The notes: generated by a model not told the origin, from the sequence alone. A stretch of DNA of 63,691 nt, filler included, from Dicyema japonicum (GCA_011109175.1; 10 parts of 10 records of this genome joined end to end with filler, not necessarily neighbours in it); one strand, 5' to 3'; positions 36,850 through 49,609 are shown, counted from the whole stretch's first letter. Program-made: numbers and translations.

Positions 36850-37880
36850 ATTATGCTACAAAAACTGAGTGAAAGCAAAATTTGGATTTCAAAAAACAAT
36901 GGAAATTCCTTAAATATGACTTTAATACACGGTGGACCACCCAATTATTGATTATTAACACCCTTCTGCTCATAGATATAATTAAATACTGTTTTCGGAA
37001 AATTAATAAACGATATAGATTGTTAACTCTTGCTCTTCTGATAAAATGACAGGGTTGCGGTCCAATAACTATAACTGTCTTATAAAACAAGAATTTGTAT
37101 CATAGGCATCTTTTGTCTCACGCAAAGTAAGTGGTAGCTGAACTGACCGGTTTCATAGGTTTAAGACCACGTATCTATAAAATATTTCAAAAATTAATCA
37201 GCGGATATAAAAAATAAAGTTTTGAATTAATAATAGAGATTCTTTAGGTTTTATTAATGACAGAGAATAACTAATAAATCGTTTCATTTAAAAATTAAAA
37301 TAACATAGACTTGGAATAATTATCTCAATCAGCAAANTAAATACTGTTTTCGGAAAATTAATAAACAATATAGATTGTTAACTCTTGCTCTACTGATAAA
37401 ATGACAGGGTTGCGGTTCAATAACTATGACAGGTTTCATTGGTTTGAAACCACGTTTCTATAAAACATTTCCAAAATTAATGAGCGGATATAAAAAATGA
37501 AGTTTTGAATTAATAATAGAGATTCTTTAGGTTTTATTAATGACAGAGAATAACCAATAAATCGTTTCATTTCAAAATTAAAATAACATAGACTTGGAAT
37601 AATTATCTCAATCAGCAAAGTGAAGGTTGTACAAGGAAATATAAAAGTTTGTTTTTCACTCGAATTTTTCGTTTTGTATATGAATGTAATAAATAATTAA
37701 ATTTCCATTAGACTTTATAGGACCAATTACAGCTTTGTTCTCATGGACAAAATAAATCGGTAAATTAATAGAAAATTATCAGAAAATATCCTGTGTTATA
37801 GTAATTTGAAAACATCATTAGAGACACATGCTTATTCGATTTTGAATCTATTTCAAAGAATGTATGATGATTAAATAATT
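36850..37880 (+). mobile_element. Possible highly degenerate hAT transposase
   Basis: FLKYDFNTRWTT (hAT TRW motif) and a weak C-terminal dimerisation-like segment. Duplicated across the N at 37338. Confidence 0.3.
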
Positions 37881-39199
37881 CGTAGCAAAATGATTTATTT
37901 AATAAATTACTGTTTATAATGACTGAATATTATTTTTGTGTTATTTTTTGATTATTGTTTGTTTGCTTTAAATTTGAGGCATTTAATAACAAAATTATAT
38001 TTTTAAGTAGTTTCTAATTATAGTCTCACATAGTCTATTAATTAAGGTTTTACTAATAATTTAAGTGGAATCTTTTACCCAGGATCTGTGGTGAATAGGA
38101 CAGTGTGGGGAATTTACCAACAAATATCTGAGAATGAGAGTTAAAGCTGATTTGTGAAAGAACAGGATTTATATTCGAAATTTTCAATATTCCTTTAGTT
38201 ACTGCAGATTTAACTATTCTGTTAAATAACGGATTATTTATAGTTGCCCTGGAAATAACTTGTGAATATGAAGGAATCAAGTATTAAATTGATTTATTGA
38301 GGAAAATATATTCCTGAGTTATTATGGAAAGTATTATTTCACAACGTCTTCTACTTGTCCGATGTAGATAAGAATAAAAGGACATAAATAGAAATAAGCA
38401 ATAAAATCGTTTGTCGTGTTTCAAATTNTAATTTTCAATATTCTTTTAGTTACTGCAGATTCAACTATTCTGTTAAATAACGGATTATTTATAGTTACCC
38501 TGGAAATAACTTGTGAATATGAAAGAATCAAGTATTAAATTGATTTATTGAGGAAAATATATTCCTGAGTTATTATGGAAAGTATTATTTCACAAAGTCT
38601 TCTACTTGTCCGATGAAGATAAGAATAAAAGGACATAAATAGAAATAAGCAATAAAATCGTTTGTCGTGTTTCAAATTAATAAATTAAAGTAGATATGAA
38701 ATTAAAAGCAGCTGAACGGATCGTTGATCTAAAAGACCAACTCATAAATTATTCTAAACAATAGTGTATTGAAAAAATAAAGTTTTGAATAAACAATAGA
38801 AATTGTTAGGTTTGTTTTTGAAGACAACGGGAACAATAGTTAGTAAAATAATGTTTTAGGCATTTCACCAAACAATTGAAATTGTGTTTAATAAGTGGGA
38901 ATTGAAAATGAAAAGCATCAAGAAATAAAATGATTGTGCTAATTTTAATGTTTTGTTTGTTTGCTTCGAATTGGAGGTATTTGATAACCAAATAATGTTT
39001 GTGTGAATTATGATGAGATTTCTATTTGCGGCTCTTATTTCTCTAAGTAGTTTATATATTAATTATTACTAGAATATTACATAGTTTATTACATAATTCA
39101 ATTTCATAATTTGTTGTATTTATCAGATATGGGTTTTGCGTGAAAGCTTGTTGAGAGCAAAATGAGTGGCTCAACATATTATTCGAAATACAAATGGTT

Positions 39200-39500
39200 A
39201 TACACTTGCATGACAAAATATTCAATGGTCGTTTACGGAGGTGGATTAGTTTTATCCGATCATTAAATATTCTATGACTTTCAATAGCAGATGCAATTTT
39301 CTTTGAGGCAACGAAAGCCACTCCATTTCTCTTCGCATTAATGTTACCATAATAATATGACGAAATCATCAGAACGAAAAAAAACCATTGCAATATCAAG
39401 CCTTCTCAATTCTATTTTTACGACTTCTAGTTTCCCTTCGCTTAATCCTCTTACGTTCCATGTTGCGAAATTGTGAGATTCTGTGTGACAAAGGCTCGAG
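39200..39500 (-). mobile_element. RTE-like APE endonuclease fragment
   Basis: ATWNVRGLSEGKLEVVKIELRRLDI; NGVAFVASKK...NDRIKLIHL. Confidence 0.7.
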
Positions 39501-40727
39501 ATTTGATGTTTTGCAGTAACGTTGATTCCAATTAGATCATAGGAGAGTTTGCTCATAAGATTTTTTTGGCGTTTAAATACAGGGTTGGTTGCCAGGTCTT
39601 TTTTCCCCACTGTCAAACGTAATATCTTTTATATTCGTAGGTGCAAATTATTTTATATAATTATTGATTGCGGTGTTTATACCTTTTCAAGAAGATGGTA
39701 CGGTACTTTCTTTGTAGGTTTCGAGAAAATTGGGGGATTTACATCAGTGATGAATTAGGAAGTAAAACCCATTTATAGTATCTATGTGGTACACTATTAT
39801 CCGTTTATTAGCGTCTTTTCAGCTTCCCGACCTGTTTGAGTAATAGAACACTTCTGTTGGATTTAACCAGACTCTTCAGATTTTCTACGGAATTCAACAT
39901 AAGAAATTTACCATTGAAGGCTTTCGTTATTAAATTTCATCAACTTTGAGGTAATCTTCTAAACTTTGTTTGAGAAATTCTAAAACTTTTGACACCCAAT
40001 CAACCTTGTCCTCCTTATTCACCTGGTCGATAATCACTTGGAGAGATATGATATTTGCCAGGGTCTCTGGATGAGAAATCATATTAGGGAGTCTTGCATC
40101 TATTTATTGTATTCCAAACAGCCCCTGGACCACTCCGCCAAATTGATCAATGTTTTGTACATTGAGATCATTCGTAGGTCCAAGGTAATGTTCCACTCAG
40201 ATTAGTAGAAACAAAAATATAGACNNNNNNNNNNNNNNNNNNNNNNNNNNNNNNNNNNNNNNNNNNNNNNNNNNNNNNNNNNNNNNNNNNNNNNNNNNNN
40301 NNNNNNNNNNNNNNNNNNNNNNNNNNNNNNNNNNNNNNNNNNNNNNNNNNNNNNNNNNNNNNNNNNNNNNNNNNNNNNNNNNNNNNNNNNNNNNNNNNNN
40401 NNNNNNNNNNNNNNNNNNNNNNNNNNNNNNNNNNNNNNNNNNNNNNNNNNNNNNNNNNNNNNNNNNNNNNNNNNNNNNNNNNNNNNNNNNNNNNNNNNNN
40501 NNNNNNNNNNNNNNNNNNNNNNNNNNNNNNNNNNNNNNNNNNNNNNNNNNNNNNNNNNNNNNNNNNNNNNNNNNNNNNNNNNNNNNNNNNNNNNNNNNNN
40601 NNNNNNNNNNNNNNNNNNNNNNNNNNNNNNNNNNNNNNNNNNNNNNNNNNNNNNNNNNNNNNNNNNNNNNNNNNNNNNNNNNNNNNNNNNNNNNNNNNNN
40701 NNNNNNNNNNNNNNNNNNNNNNNNNNA

Positions 40728-40900
40728 AACCCCTTTCCTAGCTTTGAAATTGTTGTACAAACAATTCATTGAGCCTTCTGTCAGCTATGCCTCTACATCA
40801 TGGGGAATCAATCTGTCCTGGACGAACAAACAAAGAATCCGCGACATTCATGCCTTAAAAGCCATTACTATTAGTAATCTCATGAAACTAGAAAAACTAA
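40728..40900 (+). mobile_element. LINE RT C-terminal fragment
   Basis: LKLLYKQFIEPSVSYASTSW. Confidence 0.55.
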
Positions 40901-41010
40901 TGCCCTCATCACTTAAAGATCTTACATCGTTTAAATGCATTGAAAATAATTTCGATTTTCCCATAAATAAGTTATTTTTTTGAATATCGTTTTGTAGACA
41001 AAAATAAATA

Positions 41011-41070
41011 CTTGCAATCAGACAATGGCACGGAGTTCAAGAATTACCATATCAAAAAACTCTATATTTG
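41011..41070 (+). mobile_element. rve integrase micro-fragment
   Basis: LQSDNGTEFKN matches LQSDNGKEFKN at 6.7 kb. Confidence 0.45.
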
Positions 41071-41394
41071 TAATATATCAAGGAATATAAAGCGAGGCGC
41101 AAGTTTGTATATTAAGGCGATGGTGAACAAGGTTTTGAATTTAATTTTTTTAGTTGAGGTAGTGACGTCCCTCTTGAAAAGTATGTCTGAAAAACACGAA
41201 AATTGCAACCTAAATAACTTATCTCTTTTAACGTTAAAGATCAACGGACTCTCTAGTGCATGGAAAAGAAAAGAACTTTGTGAAGACCTTTCAAATCAAG
41301 ATATCAATCGGATGTCTCCAAGAGACAAAAATATCGAAGGAGTTTTAATTCTTATACAAGAGAACAGGAACTGAGCCAATATCATTTGAGATTA

Positions 41395-41690
41395 TGATTC
41401 AAGATGGAGGCTCTTTGGACACATACTCCGCCACGATATGGGGAACCCTGCCAACATAACAATGGAGGAGTATTTTGTCTTAGAAACTTCTCGTTTCCGC
41501 GCCCGGTCCTCTTTGGACACATACTCCGCCACGATATGGGGAACCCTGCCAACATAACAATGGAGGAGTATTTTGTCTTAGAAACTTCTCGTTTCCGCGC
41601 CCGGTCGAGACCAACACTGCCAGTTATTTAAGAAGATCTCAAGATACGCTACGGAACATGGCAACGGATGAAAAAGATAGGGGACGTTAA
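41395..41690 (+). mobile_element. RTE-like LINE 3' fragment, locally duplicated
   Basis: RWRLFGHILRHDMGNPANITMEEYF...FRARSRPTLP. Confidence 0.7.
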
Positions 41691-42353
41691 TTATATTGTT
41701 AACTTTTCGTGTTGCATATGCTTTGTCATGATCTTGGCATCGCGTTCGTGCCTATAATAATAAAGCCTTTTACAGAGAAAATCAAAACCATGTCACCAAT
41801 TAACCAAAAATTTATTATTATTGGAAATTTATAACAAATCAATATCTGCATTATGCAAATCCTATCATTGATTTTCTAATACTTTTTTATTTTAATGCTT
41901 TGATATACTGCATGCTTATTCCATAGTTATACTTTAGTTTCCTGAAGGCATGCAACATTCATTCCGTATTGCTGTATATCTTGGCAAAGCTGAATTTTCG
42001 TATTTCAGAACCTATTCCTTTCACATTAAAAGTAAGAACAAATTTTTTCTTTCTCAGAGTTTTCGAGAGATAGAGGCACTAAGTGCTAGAGATAGACGTC
42101 ACCACCTCACCCAAAACTTGTGAGACAATGACAAAATTACGTTTATTTATCCAGAGCCCTCGGACATCATTCCACGGTTAGATCCGGTTATTTCCGAGAA
42201 CACCATTAACTGTTTGAGCGTATCTTCCTGGCAGTCCTTAGGGGAAATAGTTANNNNNNNNNNNNNNNNNNNNNNNNNNNNNNNNNNNNNNNNNNNNTTA
42301 ATTAATTAANNNNNNNNNNNNNNNNNNNNNNNNNNNNNNNNNNNNNNNNNNNN

Positions 42354-42965
42354 AATGATTTGTAGAATAAGTCAGTGTATTAGGATCCTCCTGATTAATT
42401 TGGAGTCTTGGGAACATAAAGTTAAGGGTCCTGCTCAAGGGTTCCATCACCATAACAAATAGTTGAGGGGATAATGAATCTCCTTGCAGAATTCCACGTC
42501 TCAGTTTTACAGAACCAATTCTTCTTCCATCTAAGTGGAGATTTACAGTACACTTCTTGACTATGGTCTTTACAAAGTTAACAATCCAACGAGGTATTCC
42601 TGAACAGTCCAATAGATGAAATAAATATTCATGGTCAACAGAATCAAAGGCCTTCTTCACATCCACCCAAGCAGAATAAAGGGCGTTTCCATACTCCTTG
42701 TTTAAGCATTGGTTAATAAGGGCCTGTTCCTTAGCGCCCTGACAATGTTTCCTCGTTCCCAGCTGATTGTCAGATAATAGACCAAACGAATCCACAAAAT
42801 CTGAGAGTTTGGAATTAACACATTTGGTATTAAGTTTATATAAAGTTGGCATACACGTTATAGGACGTAAGTCTTTAGGAGTTTCACAATCATCCTTTTT
42901 AGGAATTAAATAGGTTATTCCAGTATAAAACTAACTTTCAGGCATATATTCCTCATTATCCCAAG
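42354..42965 (-). mobile_element. R4/Dong-like RT core, open frame truncated by a linker gap
   Basis: ITYLIPK..DLRPITCMPTLYK, NQLGTRKHCQGAKEQALIN, WVDVKKAFDSVDH, GILQGDSLSPQLF, TNH. Confidence 0.9.
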
Positions 42966-44455
42966 ATAATAAAATATTATTTTAATTAATTCTTAATTTG
43001 ACATATTTAAAACTATGTTAAGAATTCGACGTTGTAGCCACGTGTTACCATTTCTCTCAATTCTAAGAGGTTAAATCAATGTTGAAGATATCTAGTTATT
43101 TCCTAGAGCACTAGAACTAAAAGCTATTTAATAAATTAATATTATTTTAAAAAAATATTAATATTATTTAAAAATTCGATAATAACAAGTCAACAACTAA
43201 CTCCAATTTAAGTACTTAGGTACATAAATTAGTATCTTCGTACGTAGCTCGTCCAGTGGAAGTAACAATCATACTACTTGGATGGATTACATACGATGGA
43301 AATGAAAAGGAATATGACAATAGTAGAATCAAGTTACTGACTCAAACATTGAATATGAATTGGCTGCATTTTAATATCAAAAGATGATGCTCTTCTCCCG
43401 TCGATCTTCTAAGGAATCTGATNTCATACTACTTGGATGGATTACATACGATGGAAATGAAAAGGAATATGACAATAGTAGAATCAAGTTACTGACTCAA
43501 ACATTGAATATGAATTGGCTGCATTTTAATATCAAAAGATGATGGTCTTCTCCCGTCGATCTCCTAAGGAATCTGATAAAAGGTTTGAGATTGGAAATTT
43601 TTATCGTTAACACTTAAAAAACAAATCAAAAATAATCATATTCTCCAAATATTTTACTTGAAATCGCAAGCATCTAAAGGCAATCACAAATTTTTCTGAT
43701 GTGAGTTGCATTCAAATAATTGGAGCCAATAGAATTATCTGACCCAATTAAAAGTGTTCTGTTAATATAAGGAAGAACAATCAACATTCTATTACAACGA
43801 TGATGTCCGCAATATGGTGTTTCAGGGAANGTGACGTTATTAGATCCATCTTCCAGTGACGTTATTAGATCCATCTTACTCAGGGACGCTCAATCCCTTA
43901 TCCACCATTTTATTCCAACAGGTGACTGTTTAGCTCCTGGCTTGGAGGACTGGTTTTGACAAACCTAGATGAGGCTCTACTCGACTGCGTCAGGATCACA
44001 CTATTAGCTAGTTTAATTTTACCCTTTGTCTGGAAAAATTTCATTTATTAATGGTATACGAACATTTAACAATACAAGTTATTGTTAGTCAAGTATTGCC
44101 TTAAGTATGTTAATTAATTAATAATTTGACATACTCTATTGTAATAAATAATTATCCGATCAATATTTGAAAATTAACGACTGATATTTTATTGACGCAG
44201 ATAGAGGCTGGAAATGGTAGTAATCAGAGGAAACGCTCGCATTATCTTTGCTTCTTAGTTGAATCACTTTAGTTTATATTTTGTCTTGGCTGTTCTCGTA
44301 AGATTTCCAGTAATTAGGTCCGTGTATTCTAGACATTTTATTTTAATTGAAAAAACAACTAATGGCCGTGTTTTTATGTGTTCTCAATTATAAATAATAA
44401 ACAAAGCATGTGTTGTAATATTCGTGTATATTAGAGGCTTTGAAAACCATGATTG

Positions 44456-44946
44456 ATGTTGAATTCACGAATAATCGCAGTTATATTAGTCGCGACAATC
44501 GCATCAAAAGGTGGTGATAGGTTGCAACTTAGCCTGCTTTAAGGGGAGTTGTTATACTTTAGTAAGAGAAGCCCGAAATTATGCTGATGCCAAAAAATAT
44601 TGCGAAAATATGGGAGGAAATTTGGCTAATGTCTACAACGAAGAAACTACAAAGTTTATTTATAGTTGACGGAATACAAATAAATTTTTTAGATAAATTT
44701 TTCACTCCATATAGAACTGTATTTTACATTGCAGTCAACGATATCGAAAAGGAAGGGACATTCTTGGATTCTTATGGAAATGCGCAAGTAGAAATATGAT
44801 ATAATAAGAAATACTTAAAATGGAGAAGAGGTGAACCAAACAATGCTGGGAACGAAGACTGTGTCTACGTTAGTTGGGGTGGATCTTGGTATGATCAAAA
44901 ATGTTTTAAGAAGCATTCTTTTCTTTGTGAAACTGATGGTTGTTGA
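44456..44946 (+). CDS. Secreted C-type lectin, 139 aa, EPN motif; introns 44511-44532 (22; alternatively 44514-44532, 19), 44665-44692 (28), 44788-44808 (21)
   Basis: MLNSRIIAVILVATIASK/ACFKGSCY...AKKYCENMGGNLA...FIY/NKFF...YIAVNDIEKEGTF...NAQ/KYLKWRRGEPNNAGNEDCV...WYDQKC...FLCETDGC*. Exons total 420 nt. Four canonical Cys (42, 112, 126, 134). Confidence 0.92.
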
Positions 44947-46399
44947 TTGTATAATCGATAGATGAGTCAATTACCGGTTGCTTTAATTAATTACTTATCT
45001 TTACTTTAATTTCTGGTTTTGTTGAGTTTAAGCTTGTAAAGATAATATAATCAATATTTTTTGCTTCGATATGATTTTTGACTGTTACATAGAGTAACCC
45101 CATTAAGCTACAATTCAACACGTGCCAGAGGATGATCAAGTTTACGAATCGTTGCATCTTCGACTCTAGACTCTTCAGATCATTAAGGTCTTCGCAGTCA
45201 CTTAATGGTTGCTTTTCATCCTCAGATCTTTATGACAAACAAGATTCAAGCGTACCTCAGAGACTTATTTTTTTGTTGGAGCATCTCTAATGTAACACTC
45301 TCTTCATTTGAATTGGTAGTTTCAGTCCTAAGAGGAGTTGACTTAGATACTGAATATTAACTTGACCCCCTTTTTTTCAAACCTTGTGATTCCCCATATG
45401 CTCTAATCACAGATGAAAATCTGTTTCACAATGGAGTCTCACAGTATAAGGCTTAACATGTCTTGGTCTGAGCTATCGATACGTACAACTACACATCTTA
45501 TTTTCTCGTGTGTACCGTATATATGTCCAACATTTAAGGTTTGAATTCTTTGTGATTTATGGTTCGTCTTCTATTGTGATTCAAGTAGTTTCTCTTACGA
45601 CTACTGTCTAAAATCTACAGTTCTTAATATAATCACCTATTTGATTTTACAAGTTATCAGTAGACGTAAGTATAATGGATATTACTTCCGTGAGCATTTA
45701 AGACTGTGCGGATTGGAAAGAAATATGAGAATTGGAGATAATTAATTAAACTCTACGTTTTCTTTATTGTAGCTAAATTTGAAAAAGGGTATTTAGATAG
45801 TTAGTTGTGGATACAAATATTTTATTTATATTCAAGCAATTTTGCGCAAAGCTCTTTGAAAAAAAGTGTCCTTGATATATGCATATCGAATTTTCTAGTG
45901 CAATTATTTCAAAAAAATAAATAATAAGAATTTGAGAATCACTTCTGAAAAAAAGTTCGACAAATATGCAGGTTAATATCAAAATGTTTAGTCGACCTGA
46001 GATCATATCAACTGTGTGGGATTTTTGATGTAGCGGGATTCCATGCAGGAGAGCATGATGATGATTCCTAAATATAGAGTAAGAATATTTAGGTCGTTCT
46101 TTTAATGTTGTCACCTCTATCGTTAAGTGCAGATTTTCTGCAACACATAACCACAAAAGACTTTCTCTCCTTTACCTATTGGATCCTCCTACACTGTGAT
46201 GATGTCAAAGCACACACACATCCCTTGATGTTTTTCTGCAAAATTGATGAAAATCCATAACTTATAACCTAAACTCCACGATAGATTATCAATGGTATTG
46301 ATATTGTCCCTTATTCAATAAAATATCTTTCAAAACTCTATCCTCTTCTTCTCTTAGAAGAAGAGTGTGCCATAACCTCCCTGTTACTCCGCATTTCCA

Positions 46400-47165
46400 A
46401 ATCAGATTCAGTCAAAATATCTCCTTAGAGTCCAGTGGGCTGTCCTTACTGCATGCCAGTTCCACAAGTTGGGAAGTAGCAGAGGCGTACTCTTCATCGT
46501 ATACCTTCATTCCATGCTTATGTTCAATGAGCATACTTTCGAGCGTTCTCTTCAGCACAACCGATTGGATGTAAGTCCTCGTTGATTCTTCAATAGATAA
46601 TTTATCCNATTAGAGTCCAGTGGGCTGTCCTCACGGCATGCCAGTTCCACAAGTTGGGAGGTAGCAGAGACTTACTCTACATCGTATACCTTCATTCAAT
46701 GCTTATGTTAATGAGCATATTTTCAAGCGTTCTCTTCAGCACAACCGATTGGATGTAAGTCCTCGTTGATTCTTCAATAGATAATTTATCCATATATTCT
46801 TGAAGCATCTTGAGACAACTCCATCCCATGTCAAAACCACTGGAATAATCTTCACTTGGCATTCATAGAGCAGCGAAAGTTCATTTGCTAGCAAGTCATA
46901 TTTGTGAAGTTTCTCAACTTCAACTTGCTTTAGTCTGTCTCGTGAGGTAGTCCTCACTTCAATTAAAGTTACTTCCTTCTTTGTTTTGTCATACACAAAA
47001 ATATCAGGTTTATTGTATTGGACTTTTGTTTCTGTCAAAATCGACGTGTCCACTCCAATTTCGACATTTTGATTCGTCAATATTGACTGAACCGAATGTC
47101 CTCTCAATTTCCTGCTTCTTTTGATTTCATAAATTCGACAAAGATGAAGATGGATGCACTTTACC
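46400..47165 (-). mobile_element. R4-like RLE / 3' end, with terminal duplication
   Basis: KCIHLHLC..NKPDIFVYD..LIEV..EKLHKYDLLANEL..IPVVLTWDG..YIQSVVLKRTLE. Confidence 0.85.
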
Positions 47166-47720
47166 AGAAACCTGGGGGCTAACCACCAAAGAACCGGAAA
47201 ACCCCTACTCTTTCCACAGAAACCAACTGCGACTTCTATTGGGAATAACTAGTAAAATCGGATAACCAACAACGAGCTCTATATATTTTCTTAAACAACA
47301 AATATTGGGAATTAAGTTACTTCTGCGAAATAGCAACTCGGACATCCTAAGAGCTTCGGAAATGGCAACAGCCAATCAGGCCATGGAATCATAATTTTCT
47401 GTATTAAACAAAACAACGTATCGAGGTCGACAAAGAACTCACTTGCATAGGAAGAAAACTGAAAACAGCAGAGGATCTGGATGATCTGAGGGCGGATGCG
47501 AACAACAGGGGAGGATGGAAACAACTCACAGCCCGTGTACAGAGATGCATGGCAAAAAGTGGAATCTCAAATTAGTTAACTTTTCTGATTCCGCGGAAAT
47601 TAACAGGGGAGGATGGAAACAACTCACAGCCCGTGTACAGAGATGCATGGCAAAAAGTGGAATCTCAAATTAGTTAACTTTTCTGATTCCGCGGAAATTG
47701 CTATTAATAATAATAATAAA
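47165..47720 (+). mobile_element. RTE-like 3' end with (TAA)n tail
   Basis: ETWGLT..FHRNQLRLLLGI; YRGRQRT; LKTAEDLDDLRADANNRGGWKQL; tail 47704-47720. Confidence 0.6.
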
Positions 47721-47721
47721 T

Positions 47722-47767
47722 CGGGCCGCATCTATGCCTTTCAAGGGCCGCATGCTTGACACCCCTG
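47722..47767 (-). mobile_element. Buster-group hAT terminus
   Basis: Reverse complement CAGGGGTGTCAAGCATGCGGCCC; flank CTGTAGAC has a central TA. Confidence 0.6.
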
Positions 47768-48912
47768 CTGTAGACTGAGAGCACCCAACTTTTTTTTTTA
47801 TATATTTAAAACTAACTCCAGTTTCTTTACTTTGGTATCTTAAGGTCTACTGAAATCACAGGGTATCCAATAGCAGCATACATATAACTATGATCATACA
47901 CATGTAGCTTTGGTGTTTTTCATCTCTTTTAGTTCTTGACTGGCTGAAATTCGAACCAGATCCTACCTGCATCAGACAATTCCTTTATTCAGAACTTCGG
48001 GTTATTTCCAGACCTTGTTTATGCTAACGAAAAGGGTATCCAATAGCAGCATACATATAACTATGATCATACACATGTAGCTTTGGTGATTTTTCATCTC
48101 TTTTAGTTCTTGACTGGCTGAAATTCGAACCAGATCCTACCTGCATCAGACAATTCCTTTATTCAGAACTTCGGGTTATTTCCAGACCTTGTTTATGCTA
48201 ACGAAAGGGAAAACCTTTTATTCAAAAGAGGCTAAGTAGATATTTAGTGCGAATGCCACTACTTAAACCTTTCGAAAATATTATCTTAAAAATTTACAAG
48301 ATGTGAAAAATTAACATAAAACTCTAAATGCAGTAAAGTTTATCAAATAGGCCGTTTTTGGTTGCNAGATCCTACCTGCATCAGACAATTCCTTTATTCA
48401 GAACTTCGGGTTATTTCCAGACCTTGTTTATGCTAACGAAAGGGAAAACCTTTTATTCAAAAGAGGCTAAGTAGATATTTAGTGCGAATGCCACTACTTA
48501 AACCTTTCGAAAATATTATCTTAAAAATTTACAAGATGTGAAAAATTAACATAAAACTCTAAATGCAGTAAAGTTTATCAAATAGGCCGTTTTTATTTGC
48601 GCAGATTTTCTTAACAGAATTTAAGAATTGACAGATATGATTCTTATCGCTCAGTAAATCCCCAAAATTTCATTCTAACATTAATATAAAAATCAAAAAT
48701 TCTACCAATTTATCTCAGAACCCGCCCACGCGGTACCTTGAATTTATTAACGATGTATTTACTGGCGATGATGAATTTACCGGTTACACATATTGCGGGG
48801 ACTGGGAACACCNNNNNNNNNNNNNNNNNNNNNNNNNNNNNNNNNNNNNNNNNNNNTTAATTAATTAANNNNNNNNNNNNNNNNNNNNNNNNNNNNNNNN
48901 NNNNNNNNNNNN

Positions 48913-49264
48913 AGCCTCTCGGAAAAAACTCAGTTACTTTCCAAAAGCAGTGTTACCACTCTGAATGTTTCGTTTGTGGATTATGTGGGGTAAAACTGTC
49001 AGGAAGTATTTTCAAAAACCAAACAGACGTGAATTACTGCATTTCCTGTTATGACAAGTCATTCTCTAAATTGTGTAATGGATGTAGCAAAACAATATCT
49101 GGTTGTCTGTTTTACATATCATAGTTGGAGAATCAAGGAGTTATGCAAAATTTGGACACTACAACTGGCATAATCAATGTTTCAAATGTTATTCTTGTCA
49201 CGTGTCCCTGTTGCATAAAAAATTTAGAATGGTTGATAATATGCCACAATGTGACAAATGTTAG
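48913..49264 (+). CDS. 3' end of a tandem-LIM protein (FHL/Limpet-like); 23-nt intron 49102-49124
   Basis: KPLGKNSVTFQKQCYHSECFVCGLCGVKLSG...YCISCYDKSFSKLCNGCSKTIS/VGESRSY..WHNQCFKCYSCHVSL...QCDKC*. Two LIM domains ending at the stop, as in FHL proteins. 5' part is lost in a gap. Confidence 0.9.
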
Positions 49265-49609
49265 AATCTAATTACTAATATTTCTAATATATAACAAATT
49301 AATGACTCAGTAGGGATATTTACTGTAATTATCACTTTAGGTATACCCATTTATTGTAAGTGGTATTGTGAAAACTATTGGAATATATTGAGAACTATAC
49401 TGGGATGATCTGTTGAATGCTCTATTGTTATAAATGTTGTAAGGTTTATGGCTTTGAGGGACTAATATACACTTTTGACTACAACGATAGGAAAAGTAAA
49501 ATACAAACACATGAGAAGGTAATCTGTTAGATTTATTAAATTACCACAATTTTAAATTATTTCACTTCATGGCTTTACCATGTCTAAACTTTTGCATTCC
49601 CAACTTTAA

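Noticed and set aside
45960-46053. Myosin-like GIFDVAGF in a possible spliced exon
   Set aside because: Followed by a stop within 9 codons, no other myosin motifs, and the upstream model could not be phased.
47930-48030. Dystrophin-like LDWLKFEP and a B-box-like GGTTCGAATT
   Set aside because: Short matches in a triplicated, poorly assembled segment with no supporting context.
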